NCBI GenBank assembly: GCA_002269645.1 | Contig: NIVC01000180.1 | Location: forward strand, 372,001-436,000 | Reading direction: 5' to 3' | Source of the DNA: Macrostomum lignano | Taxonomy: Eukaryota | Length of the DNA stretch: 64,000 nucleotides | Part shown: one piece after another, positions 12,391-23,258 of the stretch | Layout: every line of letters starts with the position of its first letter | Numbering within the stretch: the first letter of the stretch is position 1 | Program-made: the position numbers and the translations under genes | The notes under the pieces: generated by a model | Database searches by the model: none | What the model saw: the letters and a program-made list of their open reading frames with translations, nothing else | What the model was told of the DNA's origin: nothing

Positions 12391-12979
12391 GCCCGCTCTT
12401 TTTTAACAAGCAAGTATTTATGGTATTAAAATTCAGACCCGTTCAGCTTCAGTTTAGCTGGTTTGTTTCCCTCTTAACTTTGCAGCTCGTTTTTCTTCTG
12501 TTGGCAACAAGTCGCAATTTCTGTCTCTGTCAGACCTCTCTCTAGTTAGCAGGGCTCTAGCGGACTGTGCAATTAATTAGGCTGGTACATGCTTACAGTT
12601 CGGCTTTGTGTCTGATTTGCCCCCTGGTCCTTTTCTGCCTTGCGCGCACCTTACTTTGCCTCCGGCTTATCTGTTCCTATGTTATATATTTATTATTTTT
12701 ATATAATATACATATTTTTATCCGATAACTCAGCGGTGTAAACATGCAACAGATATGAACCCTCTTATGTTTATTGCATATTTTGCCTGTGTATGAATAA
12801 ACTCTAATTTGTACACACTTTGCAAACGCAGTGTTTTTAAATAGCTGCGCAGCAAACTGCAATCACAAGACTGACAGCTCGGCTTCTCAACACTTCATTG
12901 CATCAAATTTCTCCATCTGAACGCCACTGATGACCATCTGGAAAGCAAGTTCCAACCACAATTATGGCAACTAGATGAA

Positions 12980-15480
12980 TCTACTAGAATATTCACAAGC
13001 TATGGAATCTTCACAAACCATAGAATCTTCCCAAACTAGAATCTTCACAAACTAGAATCTTCACAAACTAGAATCTTCACAAACTAGAATCTTCAAAAAC
13101 TAGAATCTTCAAAAACTATAGAATCCTCACAAACTAGAATCTTCACAAACTATAGAATCCTCACAAACTAGAATCTTCACAAACTAGAATCTTCACAAAC
13201 TAGAATCTTCACAAACTAGAGTCTTCACAAACTATAGAATCCTCACAAACTAGAATCTTCACAAACTAGAATCCTCACAAACCATAGAATCTTCACAAAC
13301 TAGAATCTTCACAAACTAGAATCTTCACAAACTAGAATCTTCACCAACTAGAATCTTCACCAACTAGAATCTTCAAAAACTAGAATCTTCACAAACTATA
13401 GAATCCTCACAAACTAGAATCCTCACAAACTAGAATCTTCACAAACTATAGAATCTTCACAAACTAGAATCTTCACCAACTAGAATCTTCAAAAACTAGA
13501 ATCTTCACCAACTAGAATCTTCACCAACTAGAATCTTCACAAACTAGAATCTTCACAAACTAGAATCTTCACAAACTAGAATCTTCACAAACTAGAATCT
13601 TCACAAACTAGAATCTTCACAAACTAGAGTCTTCACAAACTATAGAATATTCACAAACTATAGAATCTTCACAAACTATAGAATCCTCACAAACTAGAAT
13701 CTTCACAAACTAGAATCCTCACAAACTAGAATCTTAACAAACTAGAATCCTCACAAACCATAGAATCTTCACAAACTAGAATCCTCACAAACTAGAATCT
13801 TCACAAACTAGAATCTTCACAAACTAGAATCTTCACAAACTAGAATCTTCACAAACTAGAGTCTTCACAAACTATAGAATCCTCACAAACTAGAATCTTC
13901 ACAAACTAGAATCCTCACAAACTAGAATCTTAACAAACTAGAATCCTCACAAACCATAGAATCTTCACAAACTAGAATCTTCACAAACTAGAGTCTTCAC
14001 AAACTATAGAATCCTCACAAACTAGAATCTTCACAAACTAGAATCCTCACAAACCATAGAATCTTCACAAACTAGAATCTTCACAAACTAGAATCTTCAC
14101 AAACTAGAATCTTCACCAACTAGAATCTTCACCAACTAGAATCTTCACAAACTAGAATCTTCACAAACTAGAATCTTCACCAACTAGAATCTTCACCAAC
14201 TAGAATCTTCACAAACTAGAATCTTCACAAACTAGAATCTTCACCAACTATCAAAACTTCAAAACTAGAATCTTCAAAAACTAGAATCTTCACAAACTAT
14301 AGAATCCTCACAAACTAGAATCTTCACAAACTAGAGTCTTCACAAACTATAGAATCCTCACAAACTAGAATCTTCACAAACTAGAATCTTCACCAACTAG
14401 AATCTTTAAAAACTAGAATCTTCACAAACTATAGAATCCTCACAAACTAGAATCTTCACAAACTATAGAATCCTCACAAACTAGAGTCTTCACAAACTAT
14501 AGAATCCTCACAAACTAGAATCTTCACCAACTAGAATCTTCACCAACTAGAAGCAACTAGAATCTTCAAAAACTAGAATATTCACCAACTAGAATCTTCA
14601 AAAACTAGAATATTCACCAACTAGAATCTTCAAAAACTAGAATCTTCACAAATTGGAATCTTGTAATTAGAATACTGCCTGAGATCTTTGTAAAGAATCT
14701 AGTTTCTGAAGATTTTAGCTTGTAAAGATTATAGCTGGTGAATCTTATAGTTTGTAAATATAGTTCTAGTTTGTGATGACATACCACTTCTAGTTTGTGA
14801 AAATTCTATTTTGTGAATACATTAGTTTGTGAAGATTCTATAGTTTGTGAAGATTCTAGTTTTTGAAGATTCTAGTTTGTGAAGATTATAGTTTGGGAAG
14901 ATTCTAGTTGGTGAAGATTATAGTTTGTGAAGATTATAGTTTGTGAAGATTCTAGTTTGTGAAGATTATAGTTTGTGAAGATTATAGTTTGTGAAGATTA
15001 TAGTTTGTGAAGATTATAGTTTGTGAAGATTATAGTTTGGGAAGATTATAGTTTGTGAAGATTATAGTCTGTGAAGATTATAGTTTGTGAAGATTTTTAT
15101 AGTTTGTGAAGATTATAGTTTGTGAAGATTATAGTTTGGGAAGATTATAGTTTGTGAAGATTATAGTCTGTGAAGATTATAGTTTGTGAAGATTTTTATA
15201 GTTTGTGAAGATTATAGTTTGTGAAGATTATAGTTTGGGAAGATTATAGTTTGTGAAGATTATAGTCTGTGAAGATTATAGTTTGTGAAGATTTTTATAG
15301 TTTGTGAAGATTATAGCTGTAAAGATTATAGTTTGTGAAGATTATAGCTGTAAAGATTATAGTTTGTGAAGATTATAGTTTGGGAAGATTATAGTTTGGG
15401 AAGATTATAGTTTGGGAAGATTATAGTTTGGGAAGATTATAGTCTGTGAAGATTATAGTTTGGGAAGATTATAGTTTGTG
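12980..15480. repeat. Inverted pair of 16-bp satellite arrays (foldback-like): ACTAGAATCTTCACAA arm ~12980-14660, reverse-complement arm ~14760-15480
   Basis: Right-arm unit TTGTGAAGATT(C/A)TAGT is the reverse complement of the left unit; short degenerate spacer between the arms. Confidence 0.9.
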
Positions 15481-16090
15481 AAGCTGCCCAAAAAAGTGCA
15501 GATTTCCCGAAAGATGTCAGTTGAACACCTGCACAGACTTTACGCTCGTATTGCAGGCTCTTACAATTTAAGCACTGGCCTGAGGCTTTGACGAGAATTA
15601 TAAAGTGTCTCGGAATCACGGGCAGCCCTGCAGGCAGCGTGAGAGCTGGAATTATAGATGAGGCACCGCACGGATCCCTGATTTTAATTGCCTTCATCTG
15701 CGAGATGGAGATCCGCAAATCCACCGGAGACTTCGCAAGATACCCGGTTGCATACAGTAAAATTTGAGTCGCAAATCCAATTCCACTTGAGCCAGGCTTG
15801 AGGCCTGGCTGAGCTGGGGTTGTGGTAATGAAATTGCTCAGTCACGTGATAGCAGGTGGGCACTGGAAGAGCCAGTGCTGGATAGTCACTCGCGCACATC
15901 AGCCCCTCAAAAAGTGGGGCAAGGGGAGCCGGTGTACATTTACTCAGTTTAACAAGCCCCACCCCACCTGTACTCACCGCTCCAACTTGGAGGCAGGCAA
16001 GAAAGGAGAGAGAGGGTGTGTATGCGTGTGTATAGAAGCCAGACCGCTAGAAGCGACCCAGGCAAAAGAAACACTCAAGCAAGCCAGGAA

Positions 16091-18293
16091 ATGTCAAAGA
16101 AGCATCTGGAAGACGCACTGCAGGCTGGGCACAGAATCTCGGCCGGGCAGCCGCATCACCAGCCCCGGGGTCCCGTCCGGCTGGAGGCTGGGCCGTCCAT
16201 CGCCGGCTCCCCAGAGGACGAAGGCCTGTTCGCCCTCTGCTACGTCGACGGCGACCGTCGGCTGGTGCTGGGCACCGGCTCCGAAGGCATTCGCTGCCTG
16301 GCGGCTGACTTCGCGGCGGGCGGCGAGGCGGCCGTTCTGGCAGAGGCGGTGACGGTGAAGCAGAACCAGCCGTTTGGCGGGCTGGCGGTGGCCTGCGTGC
16401 GCGGGGTGAGGGCGGGCGATTGCGGCACTCGATGAGCTTCGGGCTGTAATATGCTGTAATTTGCTGCGACGATGCTGTAATGATGCTGTGATGATGCTGT
16501 AATTTGCTGCGACAATGCTGTAATGATGCTGTGATGATGCTGTAATTTGCTGCTACGATGCTGTAATGATGCTGTGATGATGCTGTAATGACTCTGTAAT
16601 GGTGATGTAATATGCTGTAATGGTGTTGTAATATGCTGTAATGATGCTGTGATGATGCTGTAATTTACTGCGACGATGCTGTAATGATGCTGTGATGATG
16701 CTGTAATTTGCTGCGACGATGCTGTAATGATGCTGTGATGATGCTGTAATGATGCTGTGATGATGCTGTAATGATGCTGTGATGATGCTGTAATTTGCTG
16801 CGACGATGCTGTAATGATGCTGTGATGATGCTGTAATGATGCTGTAATATGCTGTAATATGCTGTAATGATGCTGTAATATGCTGTAGTATGCTGTAATG
16901 ATGCTGTAATATGCTGTAATATGCTGTAATATGCTGTAATGATGCTTTAATATGCTGTAATATGCTGTAATATGCTGTAATATGCTGTAATGATGCTGAT
17001 GCTGTGATGATGCTGTCATAAAATGGCATTTCCCGCAGATCCGCAGCCACCCCGACGTCATCCTGGCCGCCGCCACTTCCGGCTACGTCTACAAGGCCGA
17101 CTGGAGCAGCCCGGGCTTCAGCACCGTCGTCACCGAGCGGGGCAACCATCTGTCAGCAGTGGACACCTCGGACGAGCACCTGGCCACGGTTGGCTCGGAC
17201 TGCAGCGTCCGAGTTTACGACCTGCGCACCTGCCAGCCCGTCCGGCAGTACAGCGGCTACCGGGATCTCGACCCCGATTGTCCCGAAGGCCACGCCACTC
17301 GCCTGTTCGCCGCCAGGTTCAACGCCGACGGCCTTCTGCTGACCTCTGGCTGGGACGACTGCGTCAAGTTTTGGGACCTCCGGCTGGCCAGCGGCGACCA
17401 CGTCAGGCGCCTGTCCGGGCCACACATCTGCTGCCCAGACGGGCTCGACGTGAAAGGCGACCGCGTGCTCACTGGTGAGCTACGGTCTCTCAGAGTCTGC
17501 GATTGGGGATTCCCAGAGTCTGCGATTGGGGATTCCCAGAGTCTGCGATTGGGGATTCCCAGAGTCTGCGAGTGGGGATTCCCTGAGTTTGCGACTGTGG
17601 ATTCCTCGACTTTGCGACTGGGGATTCCCCACTCCCCGAGTTTGTGACTGGGGATTCCCCACTCCTCGAGTTTGTGACTGGGGATTCCCCACTCCCCGAG
17701 TTTGTGACTGGGGATTCCCCACTCCCCGAGTTTGTGACTGGGGATTCCCCACTCCCCGAGTTTGTGACTGGGGATTCCCCACTCCCCGAGTTTGTGACTG
17801 GGGATTCCCCACTCCCCGAGTTTGTGACTGGGGGATTCCCGAGTCACTGTTAGGGATTCCTCACTCTGGTTAAATTCCTCGAGTCTTTGAGTGAGATCCA
17901 CGCAGGCTTTGGCAGGGATTCTCGAATATTTGATTGTGAACATGGGATTACCCACTCTCTGAAACCATGCCAACCGTTCGCTCCGCAGGCTCCTACCGCG
18001 CCGGCTCGGCTCTACAGCTTTGGGACGCCAGGCAGTGCGAGGCCCCCCTCACCAGCTGGCCAGCCGACCACGTCTACTGCGCCCGGTTCACCGCCAAATC
18101 CACCGTGGCCTCGGCCGGCGCTCTCAGCCGCTGCCTAACTGTCTGGCCCGCCGCGGTGACCAGCGAGACGTCGCCGGAGCCGCTGGCCCGGCTGGAGCTG
18201 GACTCGGCGGTGTACAGCATGGCCGCGGCTGAGGATGGACGGCTGGCCGTCGGGTGCCGCAGCGGGAGGCTGCAGCTGGCGAGACTGCGGTGA
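16091..18293 (+). CDS. WD40-repeat beta-propeller protein, ~351 aa; exons 16091-16405, 17039-17474, 17989-18293
   Basis: GT..AG introns, phases 0,1; 1056 nt = 352 codons. WD motifs LATVGSDCSVRVYDL, LLLTSGWDDCVKFWDL, ALQLWDAR. Start codon is inferred. Confidence 0.8.
16445..17015. repeat. 10/11-bp repeat (GATGCTGTAAT family) filling WD40 intron 1
   Basis: Direct reading. Confidence 0.9.
17490..17850. repeat. GGGGATTCCC-core minisatellite in WD40 intron 2
   Basis: Units TGCGATTGGGGATTCCCAGAGTC, then TTTGTGACTGGGGATTCCCCACTCCCCGAG. Confidence 0.9.
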
Positions 18294-18419
18294 TCGGAGA
18301 GACCAGCAGATGAAGTTTGTCTTCAATCGGCACATGCTTGAGTTTACCGTGATTGACTGTTTGGATTTCCGAGTCGGATTTTTATTTCTAAAAGCAGAGA
18401 CTTTTTGGTATTCCCTTTG

Positions 18420-18640
18420 TCTGCGATTGTGGATTCCCTCGTCTGCGACCCGGGATTCCCTCGTCTGCGACCCGGGATTCCCTCGTCTGCGACCCGGGAT
18501 TCCCTCGTCTGCGATTAAGAATTCCCTAGTCTGCGATTGGGGATTCCCTCGTCTGCGATTAGGTATTCCCTAGTCTGCGATCGGGGATTCCCTCGCCTGC
18601 GATTGGGGATTCCCTCGCCTGCGATTGGGGATTCCCAAGT
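18420..18640. repeat. GGGATTCCC-core minisatellite downstream of WD40 stop
   Basis: Unit CTGCGATTGGGGATTCCCTCGT, related to the intron-2 repeat. Confidence 0.85.
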
Positions 18641-19199
18641 TTGTGATTTTTGGTACGCTCGTACTCCTATGTCTTTGATTGTGATTTCCATGTCTTTGGT
18701 GGGGATTTCCATGTCTTTGATAGGGAATTCCCATGTCTGCGACATGAGTTCTTTTCAAGCTAAGCTATTCAATACGATGAAACACAGCAGTTTCAGGACT
18801 GTGGGGACAAAAGTCTCACGAATGCTTACAAATTTCGGTCTGCCATATTTTTAGACAACTGGCTTCTCCTCCGTCCTGTAGCTCACTCGCCTCACTTATC
18901 CTGCTATTTCCGCAGGATAAATTCAAATTCAAATGCCAATCCAATATTCCTTCCAGTCTAAATTAACCATGCAGGAATTCATGTATTTTCACGAATTCTC
19001 ATTTCGTTTTAACATTTGAATTCAATAATTTTCAATCGAGAAAAAAAAATTATTTACAAGTGTAATTTTAACTCACTGTTGTCCGATATTTACTGCTTTG
19101 AAAATCTTCTAATAGGTTGAAAGTAGTATGAACCCTTGGCACTTAGAGTCCAGTTTGAGTTCAATTTCTGTAACCTGTGAACTCGATATCTAAAACCGC

Positions 19200-19610
19200 T
19201 GGTTGCACTGGTCAGTGACCGGTGATTGCACTGGTCAGTGAGCAGGTGATTGCACTGGTCAGTAACCGGGATTGCACTGGTCAGTGTGACGGTGATTGCA
19301 ATGGTCAGTGACCGATGATTGCACTGGTCAGTAACCGGTGATTGCACTGGTCAGTAACCGGATTGCACTGGTCAGTGACCGGTGATTGCACTGGTCAGTA
19401 ACCGGTGATTGCACTGGTCAGTGACCGGTGATTGCACTGGTCAGTGACCGGTGATTGCACTGGTCAGTAACCGGTGATTGCACTGGTCAGTGACCGGTGA
19501 TTGCACTGGTCAGTGACCGGTGATTGCACTGGTCAGTAACCGGTGATTGCACTGGTCAGTGACCGGTGATTGCACTGGTCAGTGACCGGTGATTGCAATG
19601 GTCAGTAACC
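19200..19610. repeat. 23-bp minisatellite (TGCACTGGTCAGTGACCGGTGAT)
   Basis: Direct reading of tandem units. Confidence 0.9.
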
Positions 19611-19789
19611 AGGGATCCCGCTGTTAAACCATAAAACCCCTAGCTTGTATAGTACAATATGCGGCAGTGCTACAGACTGTTAGCTCATGCTTCAAACCAA
19701 GATCTACTCAGAGGCCGCACCTGTCCCGTAATTATGAGCGCATTCTCATGGATCCGCTCCTCTATCTGGACGTCTTCTGTGATAGAGAG

Positions 19790-20855
19790 GCTACCAAAAC
19801 TACCTCTTCAACTCATCGATGCCGCCATCATGGCGCTGTATCAGGACACCACCGCCGCGGTAGCGACGCTAGACGGACCGTCGGACCTGTTTAGCACGAC
19901 GTCCGGAGTGCTACAGGGTGACACTCTGGCGCCCTTTCTCTTCGTGCTGGTGATGGACTGGGTGCTCAGGACCGGCCTGCCGACATCAGAGGACAGCTTT
20001 CTGCTGCAAAGGCGCACCAGTAGACGGCACCCGGAGAAGAAACTGTCTGTCCTTGGCTACGCGGACGACCTCGCCCTGCTGTCTTCGACGGCCGAAGGCG
20101 CCCAACGGCTGCTGGACGGCCTGACTGCGGCGGCGGCGAGGGTCGGTCTCGTCTTCAACGCCAGGAAGACCGAGGTGCGACGGTGCTGCATGATCTACCC
20201 GCGAGATTCGACTTCGAGACGGCGACGGCCCCGGGACGGCGCTCCCGAAGTGCCTTCAGTTCGTCTACCTCGGCGGACTGGTGCCGGACATCGGCGACGA
20301 CCTAGCGAGACGGCGCGGCAAGGCCTGGGCTGCCTTCCGATCTATGCGGGCGTTGCTGCTCTCCGAGGCTCTGTCCGACGGCGCCAGGTCCCAGCTGTTC
20401 CAGGCGGTTGTTGAGACCGCCCTGCTGTACAATGCTGAGACCTGGACGCTGACCGGGGCGCTTGGGGCGCAGCTCGATGCGGCGCATGCGGCCCTAGTCC
20501 GCGCCGCTTTCGGCGCCCGCCGCGGCCCTGGTAGCGAGACAACCGAGTCCCTGTACAAGCGCACAGGCCTGACGCGGCCTTCTGCCCTGCTGAGTCAGCC
20601 GCGTCTGCGGCTTGCCGGACATGTCATTCGGCCGAAGCCTACTGCCCAGAGCCGCTGCAGGACGTCCTGTTGTGGACCCCGCAGGGACCGCGCAGGCGTG
20701 GCCAGGGACGATCAGCCCGCTACATCGACCGCCTTTTTGAAGATGCGCGAGCACCCAGCCAGGCGGCCGGGTGTGAAGCACGTTAGAGACCTAGCTCTGA
20801 AACGCGCGATTTGACGCTCCCCCCTCTTGGCCACTCCCGTGGCTATTATTATTAT
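19790..20855 (+). mobile_element. 5'-truncated, frameshifted non-LTR retrotransposon (RTE-like reverse transcriptase)
   Basis: RT motifs GVLQGDTLAPFLF, YADDLALL, LVFNARKTE, then LLYNAETW and RLRLAGHVIR in another frame. Ends with hairpin GCCAC-TCCC-GTGGC and (TAT)n tail at 20844-20855. Confidence 0.9.
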
Positions 20856-21557
20856 GCTGGCATCAACTCCAAACCTTATGTCCTTAACACTGCGATCGCC
20901 CCACCATAACCTTCACCAGCATCCCAACCTCATGAAGCCGTGAAAGACCACTGGGCTCTGTAGTAAACCCAACAACGTCCTCATCAACGACAGCCCTGCA
21001 ACTACTCGTAAGAAAGTCGACTCGAGAAATGACAATGTGAAACGGTAGAATAGAATCTGACCTTCGAAAATAATCATTTTTTACGACTTGGACAGACAAC
21101 TTGCATGATGGCCGTGATGGCCAACTGCAGCTTCAAAGCAACTCAAAGCTTTCTAGTCAGAGAAAGTCTCTGGAGTCACCTCACTGAGTCACTACCTGCA
21201 CAGTTGAAAATTCACACGGCGCACCGATAGTCGCTGCTAATGCCAGATAAAGCAGCGCAAGGCATAGCATACCCTTGAAAAAACTTTCTAAAATTTTAAT
21301 GAATTTGAATGCTACTGAGTCACTGCTGGGGTCACCCGCTGCGGTCACCTGTGATCGGGCATGAAACTGACTCGGAAAGCAAAAAGAAGGCAGCTCATGA
21401 TATCGGCCTACTTGAAAGGGGTGTGGTATCGGGTGGACAACAACATTGGTATAAAAAACTAAATTGCTGGGTGAAAAAAATGAGCAAGCGCTATTGAGCA
21501 CGAAAGTGACGAAATTGACGAGTGCAGTAGTGCCAACAAACCAACGGCGAACAACAA

Positions 21558-23258
21558 ATGGCGAAAGCAAAGTTCTTCTTAGCGAGCATTCTGCTTGGCA
21601 GTCTTCTGGCTACGGTTTGCAAAAGCTTTCCGGATGGCAGGTTCATCAGGCTGCTGCCGGAGACTCGATCGCAGCCAGGGCAGAGCTCCGACCTGAGCCA
21701 CTGGGCCAAAATAGCCAAGCAGGACCTGCAGATCGCTACTGACGTCTTGCGCCAGACCAAGGAGAACAGAGCGAAGAACGCCATTCTCTTCCTCGGAGAC
21801 GGCATGGGAGTGCCTTCGATCACTGTGGGACGCATCCTCAAAGGTCAGCTCGCAGGAAACAGCGGCGAAGAGGAGATACTGGAGTTCGAGAGGTTCCCGC
21901 ACACTGGCCTTTCGAAGACGTACAACACGGACATGCAGACTCCGGACAGCGCCGGGACGGCCACCGCCTTCCTGTGCGGCGTGAAGGCCAAGTCTGGAAC
22001 CATGGGAGTGAACGAGCAGGTAATTAGTCGCAACTGCACTTCCCAGCTCAAAGAGCGCAACGTGATGTCGTTTCTGAATGAGGCTCAGCAGCTCGGCAAG
22101 TCGGTCGGCATCGTCACCACCACAAGGATCACTCACGCGACTCCGGGAGCTGCGTACTCGCACACGGCTTCAAGGGACTGGGAGGACGACACGGAAAGGA
22201 ACAGCGACGTGCCGAATGTTAATGAGCGTTCGATGTGCCCGGACATTGCCGAGCAGCTGGTTGAGTACGCCATCAACTATACCGTCATATTCGGAGGCGG
22301 TCGGCTGAAGTTTCTACCAAAGAACGAAATAACAATCGATCCCATTTCTGGAAGAAACGTCAGCGGAAGCCGAAGCGACTCGGTAAACCTCATCAACAAA
22401 TGGAAGCAGCGACAGGAAGGCTATGGACGTCGTCCGGTCTACCTGGAGACTCGCAAGGAGCTGCAAGACACTCCGACGGATCCCAACGCTGCATACTTTG
22501 GACTGTTCGCAATGAGCCATCTTCGCTACGACCTGGACAACCAAAAGGATGGGAAGGAGCCGACTCTGGAGGAGATGACGAGAAAGGCGATTGAGATTTT
22601 GAGTCAGAACAAGAACGGGTTCGCTCTGCTTGTCGAAGGAGGTCGAATTGATCACGGCCATCATGAAAACTTGGCGCAGAAGTCGATGCACGATCTTTTG
22701 GCGTTCGAAAAGGCCATCAAGGCGGCTGGCGAGTTGACGAAACCGGATGACACATTGACAATTGTGACAGCCGACCACAGTCACGTGTTCTCCATCGGAG
22801 GCTGGGGTCGCAGAGGCCAGCCAATCTTCGGCAAGGTGAAGTTCTCCTATTTCAATAGGTTCAACAGCAAGGGCGAAGCGCTCGGCTTCGACGATCTTCC
22901 TTACACACCCCTGTTCTACGGCGACGGGCCCGGCGCACCGGTCGGTCGGCCCCGGGCGAACATCACGGATGTTGACACCGAGCAGGAAAACTACAAGCAG
23001 CAAGCTGTTGTGAATTTTCCAATCGAATCGCACGCCGCAGAGGACGTCCCCATCTACGCTCGGGGTCCCGGGTCGCACCTGTTCCACGCTACCCATGAGC
23101 AGTCGTACATTGCTCATGTCATCAAGTATTCGCTCTGCGTCGGCTCGTACAGGGCGGAGAACTACTGCCTGAGCAGTTCAGTGGGTTTTGTCTCTCCTTC
23201 GATTCCCGCCACACTGCTGCTGTCGGTTGTGGCGGCTTTGATTGGCAGATTCTGCTAA
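21558..23258 (+). CDS. ALP: Alkaline phosphatase (copy 1), intronless, signal peptide and GPI-type hydrophobic C-terminus
   Basis: ILFLGDGMG, catalytic TPDSAGTATAF, VEGGRIDHGHH, VTADHSH, HAAEDVPIYARGP. Confidence 0.95.
   Translation: MAKAKFFLASILLGSLLATVCKSFPDGRFIRLLPETRSQPGQSSDLSHWAKIAKQDLQIATDVLRQTKENRAKNAILFLGDGMGVPSITVGRILKGQLAGNSGEEEILEFERFPHTGLSKTYNTDMQTPDSAGTATAFLCGVKAKSGTMGVNEQVISRNCTSQLKERNVMSFLNEAQQLGKSVGIVTTTRITHATPGAAYSHTASRDWEDDTERNSDVPNVNERSMCPDIAEQLVEYAINYTVIFGGGRLKFLPKNEITIDPISGRNVSGSRSDSVNLINKWKQRQEGYGRRPVYLETRKELQDTPTDPNAAYFGLFAMSHLRYDLDNQKDGKEPTLEEMTRKAIEILSQNKNGFALLVEGGRIDHGHHENLAQKSMHDLLAFEKAIKAAGELTKPDDTLTIVTADHSHVFSIGGWGRRGQPIFGKVKFSYFNRFNSKGEALGFDDLPYTPLFYGDGPGAPVGRPRANITDVDTEQENYKQQAVVNFPIESHAAEDVPIYARGPGSHLFHATHEQSYIAHVIKYSLCVGSYRAENYCLSSSVGFVSPSIPATLLLSVVAALIGRFC

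Noticed and set aside
10966-12545. 487-aa and 522-aa L/S/H-rich ORFs
   Set aside because: CT-rich minisatellite lacking stops in those frames; no coding signal.
12980-15480. CRISPR-like array
   Set aside because: Units are directly adjacent with no unique spacers, there are no cas genes, and the context is eukaryotic. The same applies to all other arrays in the window.
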